DNA of 64,000 nucleotides from Candidatus Sericytochromatia bacterium (GTDB lineage: Bacteria > Cyanobacteriota > Sericytochromatia > S15B-MN24 > UBA4093). Under the pieces are notes generated by a model. It was not told where the DNA came from, did not search any database, and saw only the letters and a program-made list of their open reading frames with translations. Shown here piece after piece: positions 38,556 through 47,139 of the stretch. The position numbers were made by a program, and so were the translations under genes. The first letter of the stretch is position 1. Each line of letters begins with the position of its first letter. The stretch spans positions 32,001 through 96,000 of the forward strand of contig JAKFBU010000026.1 in assembly GCA_036676985.1 (NCBI GenBank). The letters run 5' to 3'.

Positions 38556-40655
38556 ATGGCAACCCGTACGGTAGGTACTGGCACCCCGAGCACGGGGCTC
38601 AATCGGATACTGCAGCAGAGCGACGTCGTCCTGGCGATCCTGATGGTCGTCATCGTCGCCATGCTGATCATTCCGCTGCCGACCGCCCTGCTGGACATCT
38701 TCCTGGTCTTCAACATCACGGGCAGCTTGTTGGTCCTGCTCCTGGCGCTCTACGTCAAGGAGCCGGTCGCCCTCAACACCTTCCCGACCATCCTGCTGGT
38801 CCTGACGCTGTTCCGGCTCGCCCTCAACGTCTCGACCTCCCGGCTCATCCTCCTGAACGGCGAGGCGGGGCACGTCGTCGAGGCGTTCGGAAACTTCGTC
38901 ATCCAGGGCAACTACGCGGTCGGTATCGTCATCTTCCTGATCCTGATCGTCATCCAGTTCGTGGTCATCACCAACGGATCGGGCCGCATCTCGGAAGTGG
39001 CGGCGCGTTTCACCCTGGACGCCATGCCCGGTAAGCAGATGGCCATCGACGCGGACATGAACTCGGGGCTCATCGACGAGACGCAGGCCCGCGAGCGCCG
39101 CAAGGCCCTGCAGCGCGAGGCCGACTTCTACGGGACCATGGACGGTGCCACCAAGTTCACCAAGGGCGACGCCACCGCGGGCCTGGTCATCACGGTGGTC
39201 AACATCGTGGGCGGCATCCTGATCGGCGTCTTCCAGCAGGGGCGCGAGATCGTCCAGGCCCTCCAGACCTATACGTTGCTCACCATCGGCGACGGCCTGG
39301 TGTCTGCCATCCCGGCCCTGCTCATCTCGACCGGCACGGGCATCCTGGTCTCGCGGGCGGCCTCCGAGGAGAACCTGGGCCGCGAGATCTCGGGCCAGAT
39401 CCTGGCGGACCCCAAGCCCCTCATGATCGTCTCGGGCATGCTCGTGGCCATGTCGGTCGTGCCGGGCTTGCCCACGATTCCCTTCTTGACGGTCGGCGCC
39501 GGCGTGGGCTGGCTCGCTTACGTGCTGCGCCAGAACATGAAGGTCGAGGCCGCGGCCGCCGAGGCCGCCGAGGCGGCCAAGGCCACCGAGGCCGACGTGA
39601 TGCCCAAGGGCCCCGAGAACGTCATGAACCTCCTGAAGATCGATCCGATGGAGCTCGAGATCGGTTACCGTCTGATCCCCCTGGTGGATGCGGCGCAGGG
39701 CGGCGACCTCCTGGATCGGATCACCATGATCCGCCGTCAGACGGCCATCAAGCTCGGCATCGTCCTGCCGCCCATCCGCGTCCGCGACAACCTCCAGCTC
39801 AAGCCCAAGGAGTACCGCATCAACCTCCGGGGCATCGAGATCTCGCGCGGCGAGATCCAGATCGACCACTACATGGCCATGAACTCGGGCATGGCCTTCG
39901 AGGAGATCGAGGGCATCCCGACCGTCGAGCCGGTCTTCGGGCTGCCGGCCGTCTGGATCAGCGAGGACCAGAAGGAGCGCGCGGAGCTTGCGGGCTACAC
40001 CATCTTCGACGCCTCGAGCGTGGTGGCCACCCACCTGACGGAGGTCATCAAGGCGCATGCGCCCGAGATCCTCACGCGCCAGGACGTCCAGGGCCTGCTG
40101 GACAATATCAAGCAGGACGCACCCGCCGTCGTCTCCGAGCTGGTCCCGGATCTGCTCGGCGTGGGCGACATCCAGAAGGTGCTCCAGAACCTCCTCAAGG
40201 ACCGGGTCTCCATCCGGGACCTCATGCCCATCCTCGAGAGCCTCGCGACCAACGCCCGCCTGACCAAGGACCTCGACATGCTCACCGAGCATGCGCGCTC
40301 GAGCCTGGCGCGCGCCATCTGCAAGGGCGCGCTCGCCCCGGATGGCAGCCTGCCGGTCATCACGATCGACCCCAACCTCGAGCAGCTCCTGGGCAACTCG
40401 ATCCAGGTCACGGATCAAGGAGCCTTCGTCGCTCTGGAGCCCGGCATGGCGAGCAAGCTCGTCCGGAGCGTGTCGGACGTCCTGGAGCGGGTCATGGCCC
40501 AGGGCAACCAGCCGGTCGTGCTCTGCTCCTCCAAGGTTCGCCTGGTGTTCCGGCGCCTCATCGAGCGCAAGTTCCCGCACCTGATGGTGATGGCTTACAA
40601 CGAGGTCGTTCCCTCCACCACCGAGGTGCGCTCGTTGGGCGTCATCGGGCTGTAG
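38556..40655 (+). CDS. flhA: Flagellar export protein FlhA
   Basis: EVAARFTLDAMPGKQMAIDAD, FYGTMDGA.KF.KGDA and IRVRDN motifs. Confidence 0.98.
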   Translation: MATRTVGTGTPSTGLNRILQQSDVVLAILMVVIVAMLIIPLPTALLDIFLVFNITGSLLVLLLALYVKEPVALNTFPTILLVLTLFRLALNVSTSRLILLNGEAGHVVEAFGNFVIQGNYAVGIVIFLILIVIQFVVITNGSGRISEVAARFTLDAMPGKQMAIDADMNSGLIDETQARERRKALQREADFYGTMDGATKFTKGDATAGLVITVVNIVGGILIGVFQQGREIVQALQTYTLLTIGDGLVSAIPALLISTGTGILVSRAASEENLGREISGQILADPKPLMIVSGMLVAMSVVPGLPTIPFLTVGAGVGWLAYVLRQNMKVEAAAAEAAEAAKATEADVMPKGPENVMNLLKIDPMELEIGYRLIPLVDAAQGGDLLDRITMIRRQTAIKLGIVLPPIRVRDNLQLKPKEYRINLRGIEISRGEIQIDHYMAMNSGMAFEEIEGIPTVEPVFGLPAVWISEDQKERAELAGYTIFDASSVVATHLTEVIKAHAPEILTRQDVQGLLDNIKQDAPAVVSELVPDLLGVGDIQKVLQNLLKDRVSIRDLMPILESLATNARLTKDLDMLTEHARSSLARAICKGALAPDGSLPVITIDPNLEQLLGNSIQVTDQGAFVALEPGMASKLVRSVSDVLERVMAQGNQPVVLCSSKVRLVFRRLIERKFPHLMVMAYNEVVPSTTEVRSLGVIGL

Positions 40656-40664
40656 GGGGGCGGC

Positions 40665-41327
40665 ATGAAGGTTCCCATCCAGTCGGGTCAAACCCTCCAG
40701 GTCCTGGTGCCCGTGGGTCATCGCACCGTCCAGTGCACGGCCGTGGTGACGGAGCTCGGGGGCAAGACCTTCGACACGGGCCTGCCCCAGCGCCACGGCG
40801 TCAAGATCCCGGTCGAGGTCGACCAGCTGACCGTCACCCTGACCATGCCGGACGCCATCTACACCATGCGCTGTGCGGTGGTGGTGGTGAACGAAGAGGG
40901 CATGACCCTGGCCTTGCCTGCCGCCGACGAGGTCCAGCGCGTCCAGCGCCGTCAGTTCGTGCGCGTCCAGACCAACCTGCCCTGCTGCGCCGAGGTGGAG
41001 CTCGCGGAGCCCGCCGGGGAGTTCGGCCCGCCCGTCCAGGGCGAGCTGCAGGACATCTCGGGCGGGGGGTGCTCGGCGCTGTTTCCGACGGAGTTCAAGC
41101 GCGGGGAGCTGCTGCGGCTCACCATGGACGTCCCCGAGGAAGGCGAGATGGTCCTGTTCGGGCGCGTCATGCGCTCCTCCACGCTGCACACCCGCAAGGG
41201 CGTGCGCTACACGGTGGGCCTCGACTTCGGCAAGATGGAGGAGAGCCTGCGCAGCAAGCTCATCCGGTACGTGTTCGCCCTGCAGCGCGAGATCGCGCGC
41301 AAGAACAAGATGGTGCGAGGCTTCTAG
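40665..41327 (+). CDS. YcgR-like flagellar brake (PilZ domain)
   Basis: QRRQFVRV (RxxxR) and DISGGG (DxSxxG) motifs. Confidence 0.88.
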   Translation: MKVPIQSGQTLQVLVPVGHRTVQCTAVVTELGGKTFDTGLPQRHGVKIPVEVDQLTVTLTMPDAIYTMRCAVVVVNEEGMTLALPAADEVQRVQRRQFVRVQTNLPCCAEVELAEPAGEFGPPVQGELQDISGGGCSALFPTEFKRGELLRLTMDVPEEGEMVLFGRVMRSSTLHTRKGVRYTVGLDFGKMEESLRSKLIRYVFALQREIARKNKMVRGF

Positions 41328-41330
41328 GCC

Positions 41331-41669
41331 ATGACGGAACGCAACTGGGGCATGATCCTCGGGGTCCTGAGCGGCCTGGTCATCTTCGCCGTCGCCCTCC
41401 TGTCGGGTGTCTCGGAGGAGACGGCCTTCGTGCGCGCCCTGTTGGCGAGCCTGGTGGGCGCCTTCATCGGCTTCGGGTTCAACTACCTGGGGTCGTCCGT
41501 GGTGCCGCCCGCTCAGCCCACCAAGGGCCGCAGCTTCGACGTGACCCTGCCGGACACCGGCGCGGACGATCGCGTCCTCGAGAACGCCGTGCCCAAGCCG
41601 AGCGACTTCGTGCCCATGGACCTCACGCAGGCCGCGCGCGTCGTTCAGCAGTCGGGGCGAAACGACTAA
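41331..41669 (+). CDS. Small membrane protein (2 TM) upstream of fliA
   Basis: Two hydrophobic helices and host codon usage; 3-nt gap from the previous gene. Confidence 0.75.
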   Translation: MTERNWGMILGVLSGLVIFAVALLSGVSEETAFVRALLASLVGAFIGFGFNYLGSSVVPPAQPTKGRSFDVTLPDTGADDRVLENAVPKPSDFVPMDLTQAARVVQQSGRND

Positions 41670-41768
41670 CCCGGCATGCCGTGGGGTATAATCGGGTAAG
41701 GTCTTCACGCATGCCCGCCCGACTCCACCGTTTTCGGGCCGCGGGGGCCCCGTGACCAAGGAGGATGG

Positions 41769-42566
41769 ATGGCGGCGACCAGCACCGCGCAACTTTGGCA
41801 GAAGTTCACGGCCGACAAGGACAAGTCGAGCCGTGAGCAGCTCATCATGCAGTACGCGCCGCTGGTTCGCTACGTGGTCGGCCGCCTCGCCGTGACGCTG
41901 CCCCCGACCATCGACCAGGACGACCTCTTCGGGTACGGCGTCATCGGGCTCATCCACGCCATCGAGCGCTTCAGCCCGGAGCGGGGCGTCAAGTTCGAGA
42001 CCTACGCCATCACCCGGATCCGGGGCGCGGTCATCGACGAGCTGCGGAGCCAGGACTGGGTGCCTCGCTCGGTCCGCTCCCGCGCCCGCGAGCTCTCGGG
42101 GGCCATCTCCCAGCTCGAGGGCAAGCTCGGCCGCCATCCCAACGACGACGAGATCGCCCAGGCCATGGGCATCAGCCGTCAGGAGCTGGGCGGCATGATG
42201 ACGCAGGCCACCTCCCCCTTCCTGTCCCTGGACGAGCTCGTCCAGGTCGGCGACGACGGTCAGAGCATCAACTGGCTCGACACCATGGTCGACGATCGCC
42301 CGGGCCCCAGCGCCCAGCTCGAGGAGGTCGAGTTCAAGCAGCAGCTCGCCAAGGCCATCGATAGCCTGCCCGAGCGCGAGAAGCAGCTCCTGGCCCTCTA
42401 CTACCACGAGGGCCTCACGCTCAAGGAGATCGGCCAGGTGCTGGGCGTCTCCGAGTCCCGTGTCTGCCAACTCCATACCCAGGCCGCCCTGCGCATCCGG
42501 ACCGCGATCAACCGTTATCTGGGCATCACCGACAGCAAGCCGGTCAAGTCCCCCAAGAAGTCGTGA
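41769..42566 (+). CDS. fliA: RNA polymerase sigma28 FliA/WhiG
   Basis: KFETYAITRIRGAVIDELRSQDWVPRSVR and TLKEIG.VLGVSESRVCQLH motifs. Confidence 0.97.
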   Translation: MAATSTAQLWQKFTADKDKSSREQLIMQYAPLVRYVVGRLAVTLPPTIDQDDLFGYGVIGLIHAIERFSPERGVKFETYAITRIRGAVIDELRSQDWVPRSVRSRARELSGAISQLEGKLGRHPNDDEIAQAMGISRQELGGMMTQATSPFLSLDELVQVGDDGQSINWLDTMVDDRPGPSAQLEEVEFKQQLAKAIDSLPEREKQLLALYYHEGLTLKEIGQVLGVSESRVCQLHTQAALRIRTAINRYLGITDSKPVKSPKKS

Positions 42567-42718
42567 TCCGTCACCAGACCCTCGTCCTGCCCCGTCCCGA
42601 GGCGCTCGACCCGCATGCCCTGGAGCGGGCCATTGCCGAGGCCGTCGGGCGCGCGCCCCTGCGGTGGGCGATCGCGGCCGTCGAGGGCGATCGCCTGATC
42701 CTCGAGGTGACGGCATGA
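42563..42718 (+). CDS. 51-aa small protein (absent from the ORF track), DUF3326-associated
   Basis: MIRHQTLVLPRPEALDPHALERAIAEAVGRAPLRWAIAAVEGDRLILEVTA. GTGA overlap with fliA and ATGA overlap with the next gene. Confidence 0.8.
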   Translation: MIRHQTLVLPRPEALDPHALERAIAEAVGRAPLRWAIAAVEGDRLILEVTA

Positions 42719-43788
42719 CCCGTCCCTTCACCGCCGTCTTGGTCGTGCCCACGGGCCTCGGCGCCGAGGTCGGAGGCTACGCGGGCGACGCCACGCCCGT
42801 GGCGAACCTGCTCGCGAGCTGCGTCGATCGCCTCGTCACGCACCCCAACGTCGTCAACGCCGCGAGCCTCTTCGGGGCACGCTCCAACGTCTGGTACGTG
42901 GAGGGCTACGCGCTCGATCGCTTTTGCCTGGACGAGTGGGCGCTGCGGCCCGTGCGCTCGAACCGGGTGGGGCTCCTGATCGATCGGGCGATCGTGGACG
43001 GAGATCCCGCGGGCCTGGCCCACCTGCTCACGGCGGCCGAGGCCTGCCGTGCAGTCAAGGGCGTCGGCATGACCGGCTGGCGGGCCACCGACGAGCCCGT
43101 GCGCACCCGCATCGTGCTGGACGACCGGGGGGCGAGCACGGGCGAGGTGGACAACCCCGAGACCCTGTTGCGGGGTGCCCGGGCGCTCATCGCCGACGGC
43201 GCGGACGCCGTGGCGCTGGTGGTGCGCATGCCCGAGCTGCCGGAGGCAGCGGTCGCGACCTACCTCGAAGGGGGCGGCCCGGATCCCATCGGCGGCCTGG
43301 AGGCCGTGCTGTCGCACCTCATCGTGCGCGAACTGGGCATTCCGTGCGCCCATGCCCCCTACGAGCCGCCGGACCCCGCCCATGACGCCGACCCCCGGGT
43401 GGCCGCGGAGTCGGTCGGCTATACCTTTTTGCCGTGCGTCCTCGAGGGCCTGGCCAGGGCCCCACGCCCCGTTCCCGCCGCCGCAGCCGGTCCCTGGGAC
43501 CTGCGCATGCACGATGTGGATGCCCTCGTCGTCCCCTGGGCGGCTTGTGGCGGGATTCCGGCCCTCTCGGCCATTTGGCGGGGCGTGCCCCTCATCGCCG
43601 TGCGGGAGAATGCGGTGGCGGCCCAGGGCGACCCGGCGAGCCTCGGGCTGCCCGGCGTGCTGGAGGCCGCGACCTATCTGGAGGCGGCGGGTCTCTTGAT
43701 GGCCCTGCGCGCGGGCATCGCCCCCGAGACGGTGCGCCGTCCCCTGGGGCGCCTGCAGCGCCTCAGTCCTTCCCCAGCAGCCCGTTGA
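42715..43788 (+). CDS. DUF3326 family protein
   Basis: VPTGLGAEVGGYAGDA, THPNVVNAA, YVEGYALD, DPIGGLEAVLSHL, PCAHAP and GYTFLPCVL motifs. Confidence 0.88.
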   Translation: MTRPFTAVLVVPTGLGAEVGGYAGDATPVANLLASCVDRLVTHPNVVNAASLFGARSNVWYVEGYALDRFCLDEWALRPVRSNRVGLLIDRAIVDGDPAGLAHLLTAAEACRAVKGVGMTGWRATDEPVRTRIVLDDRGASTGEVDNPETLLRGARALIADGADAVALVVRMPELPEAAVATYLEGGGPDPIGGLEAVLSHLIVRELGIPCAHAPYEPPDPAHDADPRVAAESVGYTFLPCVLEGLARAPRPVPAAAAGPWDLRMHDVDALVVPWAACGGIPALSAIWRGVPLIAVRENAVAAQGDPASLGLPGVLEAATYLEAAGLLMALRAGIAPETVRRPLGRLQRLSPSPAAR

Positions 43789-45076
43789 GGGTCTCCTGGC
43801 TCAAGGCCGAGCTCGGGGTCAGGTAGACCCCGAACGGCACTCCCCCCTGCTCCAGCGGCTTGACCCAGACGACCCGTCCTTCCAGGTCGATGGGCTCCTG
43901 GCTCGCGTTGAGGCGCAGGAGCACCTCGGAGGTCGGGCGGATGCGGCGGGTCACGTCGAGCAGCCGCGCTCCGCGGGTGCTCACGTCCTGGGTCTCGCCC
44001 CGCAGGAGCTCCTTGCCGTCGAGCACGATGCTCACGGGCACGCGCAGGGGGTGGCGCTGGTCCTGACGCGGCAGGTGGGCGTCCACGATGGCCCAGTCCC
44101 CTTCGGCGAGCGCCATCCGACCGCGCATGGTGCGCACCCAGGGTCGCAGCGGGTCCTGGGTCGGGTGGTCGAGCACGTGGGCGATGTCGCCCGAGCGCAG
44201 GCGCACCTGGGAGAAGGGCGGGTAGGGCCAGATGGCCCGCTCGAAGGCCTCGACCACCCGCGGCTCGTAGCGGGTGCCGGCGCTGCGCCGCACCATCTGA
44301 TAGGCGAAGCCCGGCGAGAAGCGGCGGCGGTAGATGCAGTCCGCGATCAGAGAGTCGTAGACCTCGGCCAAGGAGACGATCGCGGCTCCTTCGGGCACCT
44401 GGCTGCCATGCAGGGCGGACGGATAGCCGTGACCGTTCCACCACTCGTGGTGGTAGCGGATCATGTCCGCCATGCGGGGGGTGAGGGCGTCGCCCAGCCA
44501 CTCGCGGGCGATCTCGACGCCGAGCAAGGGATGGCGCCGCATCTGCATGGTCTCCCAGGTCCCGAGGGCTCCGGGACGCAGGCGGATGGAGGCAGGGAGC
44601 CGGAGCTTGCCGACGTCGTGCAGGAGCGCGCTCAGCCCGATCTCGAGCAGGTCCCGTCCCTCGTAGCCGAGGGCCTGGGCGATACGGGTGGCGAAGAGCA
44701 TCGTATTGACGGGGTGCGTGGCCTCGTGATCGCCGAGCTGGCGCTCGAAGCGCGGCCTGTGGGGCTCATAGGGACCGAGGCTCCGTTGCGCGTCATGCAC
44801 CAGGTCGAAAAAGGCCGCGGGATCCGGAAGGGGCTCCTGGAGGGCGCCCCACTGGACGAGGGCTCCGAGGGCCTGCTCTGCCTGGTAGGCGGTGGCGGGG
44901 GAGCCGAAGGGCCTTTCGGCATGGGCCAGGAGCGGGAGCACGTCCGCCTCCGTGACGCCGAACTGGCGAAGGCGGTCGAGGACCTGCGGGGTCACCTCCG
45001 CTCCCCCGATAAGCAGCAGGTTGCCCGTGATCGGGTGGTGGAGGTCGGCCTTGAGGCGGCCGAAGAGCTCTGACAT
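43763..45076 (-). CDS. HD-GYP c-di-GMP phosphodiesterase with C-terminal PilZ domain
   Basis: ALLHDVGK and HHEWWNGHGYP; C-terminal RQDQR and DVSTRG PilZ motifs. Confidence 0.88.
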   Translation of the reverse strand: MSELFGRLKADLHHPITGNLLLIGGAEVTPQVLDRLRQFGVTEADVLPLLAHAERPFGSPATAYQAEQALGALVQWGALQEPLPDPAAFFDLVHDAQRSLGPYEPHRPRFERQLGDHEATHPVNTMLFATRIAQALGYEGRDLLEIGLSALLHDVGKLRLPASIRLRPGALGTWETMQMRRHPLLGVEIAREWLGDALTPRMADMIRYHHEWWNGHGYPSALHGSQVPEGAAIVSLAEVYDSLIADCIYRRRFSPGFAYQMVRRSAGTRYEPRVVEAFERAIWPYPPFSQVRLRSGDIAHVLDHPTQDPLRPWVRTMRGRMALAEGDWAIVDAHLPRQDQRHPLRVPVSIVLDGKELLRGETQDVSTRGARLLDVTRRIRPTSEVLLRLNASQEPIDLEGRVVWVKPLEQGGVPFGVYLTPSSALSQETLNGLLGKD

Positions 45077-45217
45077 GGGCGTCTCGTTTCTTTATCCGTA
45101 GCAATATTCCCGGTTGCCGCGCCGCCTAACCCTGGCTCGCACGGGGACGAGGGGCGCTTCTCTGGTGCCGGGCACGCGGGTGGACGGTTAGGATAGGGCC
45201 CGGGAAAAGGAGGAGGT

Positions 45218-45709
45218 ATGGCCGAGAAGATTCAACTGGACGAGCTCTTCAAGCGTCTGAAGGGTTTTCGGACGGCGATGCTCACGACGGTGACGGCCGA
45301 GGGCTACATCCACTCTCGGCCCATGATGACGCAGGAGCGGGAGCCGGATGCGGACCTTTGGTTCGTCAGCTCCCTGAAGTCGGACAAGATCCATGAGATC
45401 AAGGCCCATCCGAAGGTGGGCGTCATCTACTTCCATGACAGCGACGACTCCTACCTCTCGCTGTCGGGCGACGCCCGGGTGGAGACGGACAAGGCGTTCA
45501 TCCGGAGCCACTGGAAGGAAGACTGGCGCGCCTGGTTCCCGGACGGTCCCGAGCAGGCGGACATCTGCATGATCAAGGTGGAGCCGCATGAGGCCGAGTA
45601 CTGGGAGCCCAAGGGCGGCCGGATCCGGGTCATGTTCGAGGTGGCGCGCGGGGTGCTGACGGGGACGCACCCCGAGATCAACCCGCCGGTGAAGGGGGAG
45701 ATCAAGTAG
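45218..45709 (+). CDS. General stress protein / pyridoxamine 5'-phosphate oxidase-like FMN-binding protein
   Basis: AMLTT....IHSRPM, LWF, K..EI..HP.V, YLSLSG.A and W..WFP.GP motifs. Confidence 0.88.
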   Translation: MAEKIQLDELFKRLKGFRTAMLTTVTAEGYIHSRPMMTQEREPDADLWFVSSLKSDKIHEIKAHPKVGVIYFHDSDDSYLSLSGDARVETDKAFIRSHWKEDWRAWFPDGPEQADICMIKVEPHEAEYWEPKGGRIRVMFEVARGVLTGTHPEINPPVKGEIK

Positions 45710-45747
45710 GGGCCCTCCGGTGGGACCTGATCCGACTTAGAACGACC

Positions 45748-45776
45748 GGAGGCCCCGGGGATTCCCCGGGGCCTCC
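45748..45776. terminator. Terminator hairpin between convergent genes
   Basis: GGAGGCCCCGGGG-att-CCCCGGGGCCTCC. Confidence 0.75.
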
Positions 45777-45786
45777 TGAAAGTCGC

Positions 45787-46689
45787 TTAGCGGTTGCTGG
45801 CGTGGGCGACGAAGATCTCGTCGACCTTGTCCGGCGTGACGTAGGCGTAGGGCATGTAGAAGTAGCCCTTGTCGCCCCAGCCCTTGCCCCAGCTGTTCTT
45901 GATGATGAGGACCTGCTGGGCGTCGTCGTAGCCGACCACCAGGATGGCGTGGCCGCCGAGCAGCTGCTCGTTGGGCTTGGGCATCGGCATCTTGCCGGTG
46001 GTGGCGACGACCGGGCTCATGAAGCTCTTGTAGACCATGTAGCCGAAGACCGCCGGGTTGCCCTTGGCGAGCTGCTCCTTGAGCTGGTCGAGGCCGTTGA
46101 GGAGCGTGAAGCCGTCGATCTTGGCCGCCGCCGCCTCGGCCTCGGCCGCCGCCGAGGGCTTGTTGCGGAACTTGCTGATGTCGTAGGGCATCGTGGCGTC
46201 CAGGGCGTTGCCGTTGGCCTTGAGCACTTCCATGCCGTCGATCATCAGCGAGCCCGAATCCTCGTCGACCGTGCCCATCCGCTCGCGCTCCTTGTAGTAG
46301 AGGTAGAGCGCGCTCAGGGACTTGGCCTCGCCGCCGTTGAGGCTGGTGACGGTCTCACGCAGGCCCTTGCCCATGGCGAACGCCGTGCAGGCGCCCAGCG
46401 AGCCCTGGTCGTAGATGGGGCTCACCTTGCCGGTGGTGCGCAGGTCGACCGAAGCGGGCAGGTTGGCGGCCTTGACGCCGGTGTTGAAGCCGAAGCTCTT
46501 GAGGCGGTAGCTGCCGGTGAACTTGTAGCCGAAGCGACGCGCCTTGCCCGTGCCGTCGGTGAAGACCTTGGTCGAACCCTTGGACTCGAGGCTCGTGCCG
46601 TTGGTCGCGGCCGGGGTGAGGCCGCAGCCGGCGAGCACGCCGGCGAGGATGACGGCCGACGACAGCCAGGCAAACTTCTTGGTCTTCAC
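45787..46689 (-). CDS. Papain-family (C1A) cysteine protease lipoprotein
   Basis: Lipobox LAGC; LPASVDLR, QGSLGACTAFA, GGHAI and KNSWG..WGDKGY. GTG after AAGGAG. Confidence 0.93.
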   Translation of the reverse strand: MKTKKFAWLSSAVILAGVLAGCGLTPAATNGTSLESKGSTKVFTDGTGKARRFGYKFTGSYRLKSFGFNTGVKAANLPASVDLRTTGKVSPIYDQGSLGACTAFAMGKGLRETVTSLNGGEAKSLSALYLYYKERERMGTVDEDSGSLMIDGMEVLKANGNALDATMPYDISKFRNKPSAAAEAEAAAAKIDGFTLLNGLDQLKEQLAKGNPAVFGYMVYKSFMSPVVATTGKMPMPKPNEQLLGGHAILVVGYDDAQQVLIIKNSWGKGWGDKGYFYMPYAYVTPDKVDEIFVAHASNR

Positions 46690-46929
46690 GCTGCGATGCT
46701 CCTTGCGGTGGGGGGCGGGGCCCCGAGAGGTCGACGATTGTTGCGCTGCAGTTAAGTGAATCACAATGTTCTCTTAACCTCGAGCCAGCATACGGTTGCT
46801 CACCACCTTGGGTCAAGGCGGCGATCGCAGATTTAATGGGCCTTTATTGATCGCAAAGCGGTTTTTAATGAACGGCAAATATATCCGTGCATGTGTACAC
46901 GAATAGGTCGAACCCTTCGTGCCGCGACC

Positions 46930-47051
46930 CTAGATTCCCGCTTCCGCGGGAATGACGGGAGCGCTCATTCAGGGCGGGAAGCGGGCTCGGTCGTAGCCTG
47001 CTCTATCGTGCAGCAGGCGCTCCCGTCACCCTCGCGCAAGCGGGGGTCCAG
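46930..47051. repeat. Inverted doublet of GATTCCCGC...GCGGGAATGAC-type REP-like repeat
   Basis: CTAGATTCCCGCTTCCGCGGGAATGACGGGAGCG (46930-46963) versus the reverse complement of 47018-47051, CTGGACCCCCGCTTGCGCGAGGGTGACGGGAGCG. Confidence 0.85.
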
Positions 47052-47083
47052 CGTAAGCGCTCCGGTGGTCGAGCTTCCAGGCT

Positions 47084-47114
47084 AAAAGGGAAACCCCCGG
47101 CCGTGAAGCCGGGG
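47084..47114 (-). terminator. Putative intrinsic terminator of the NHL lipoprotein gene
   Basis: CCCCCGGC/GCCGGGGG hairpin followed by TTTCCCTTTT on the minus strand. Confidence 0.55.
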
Positions 47115-47139
47115 GCGAGGGGAGGGTTGGGGTTGGGGG

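Noticed and set aside
38523-42752. 1409-aa minus-strand ORF
   Set aside because: Antisense shadow of flhA-ycgR-fliA caused by high GC3 bias; no motifs.
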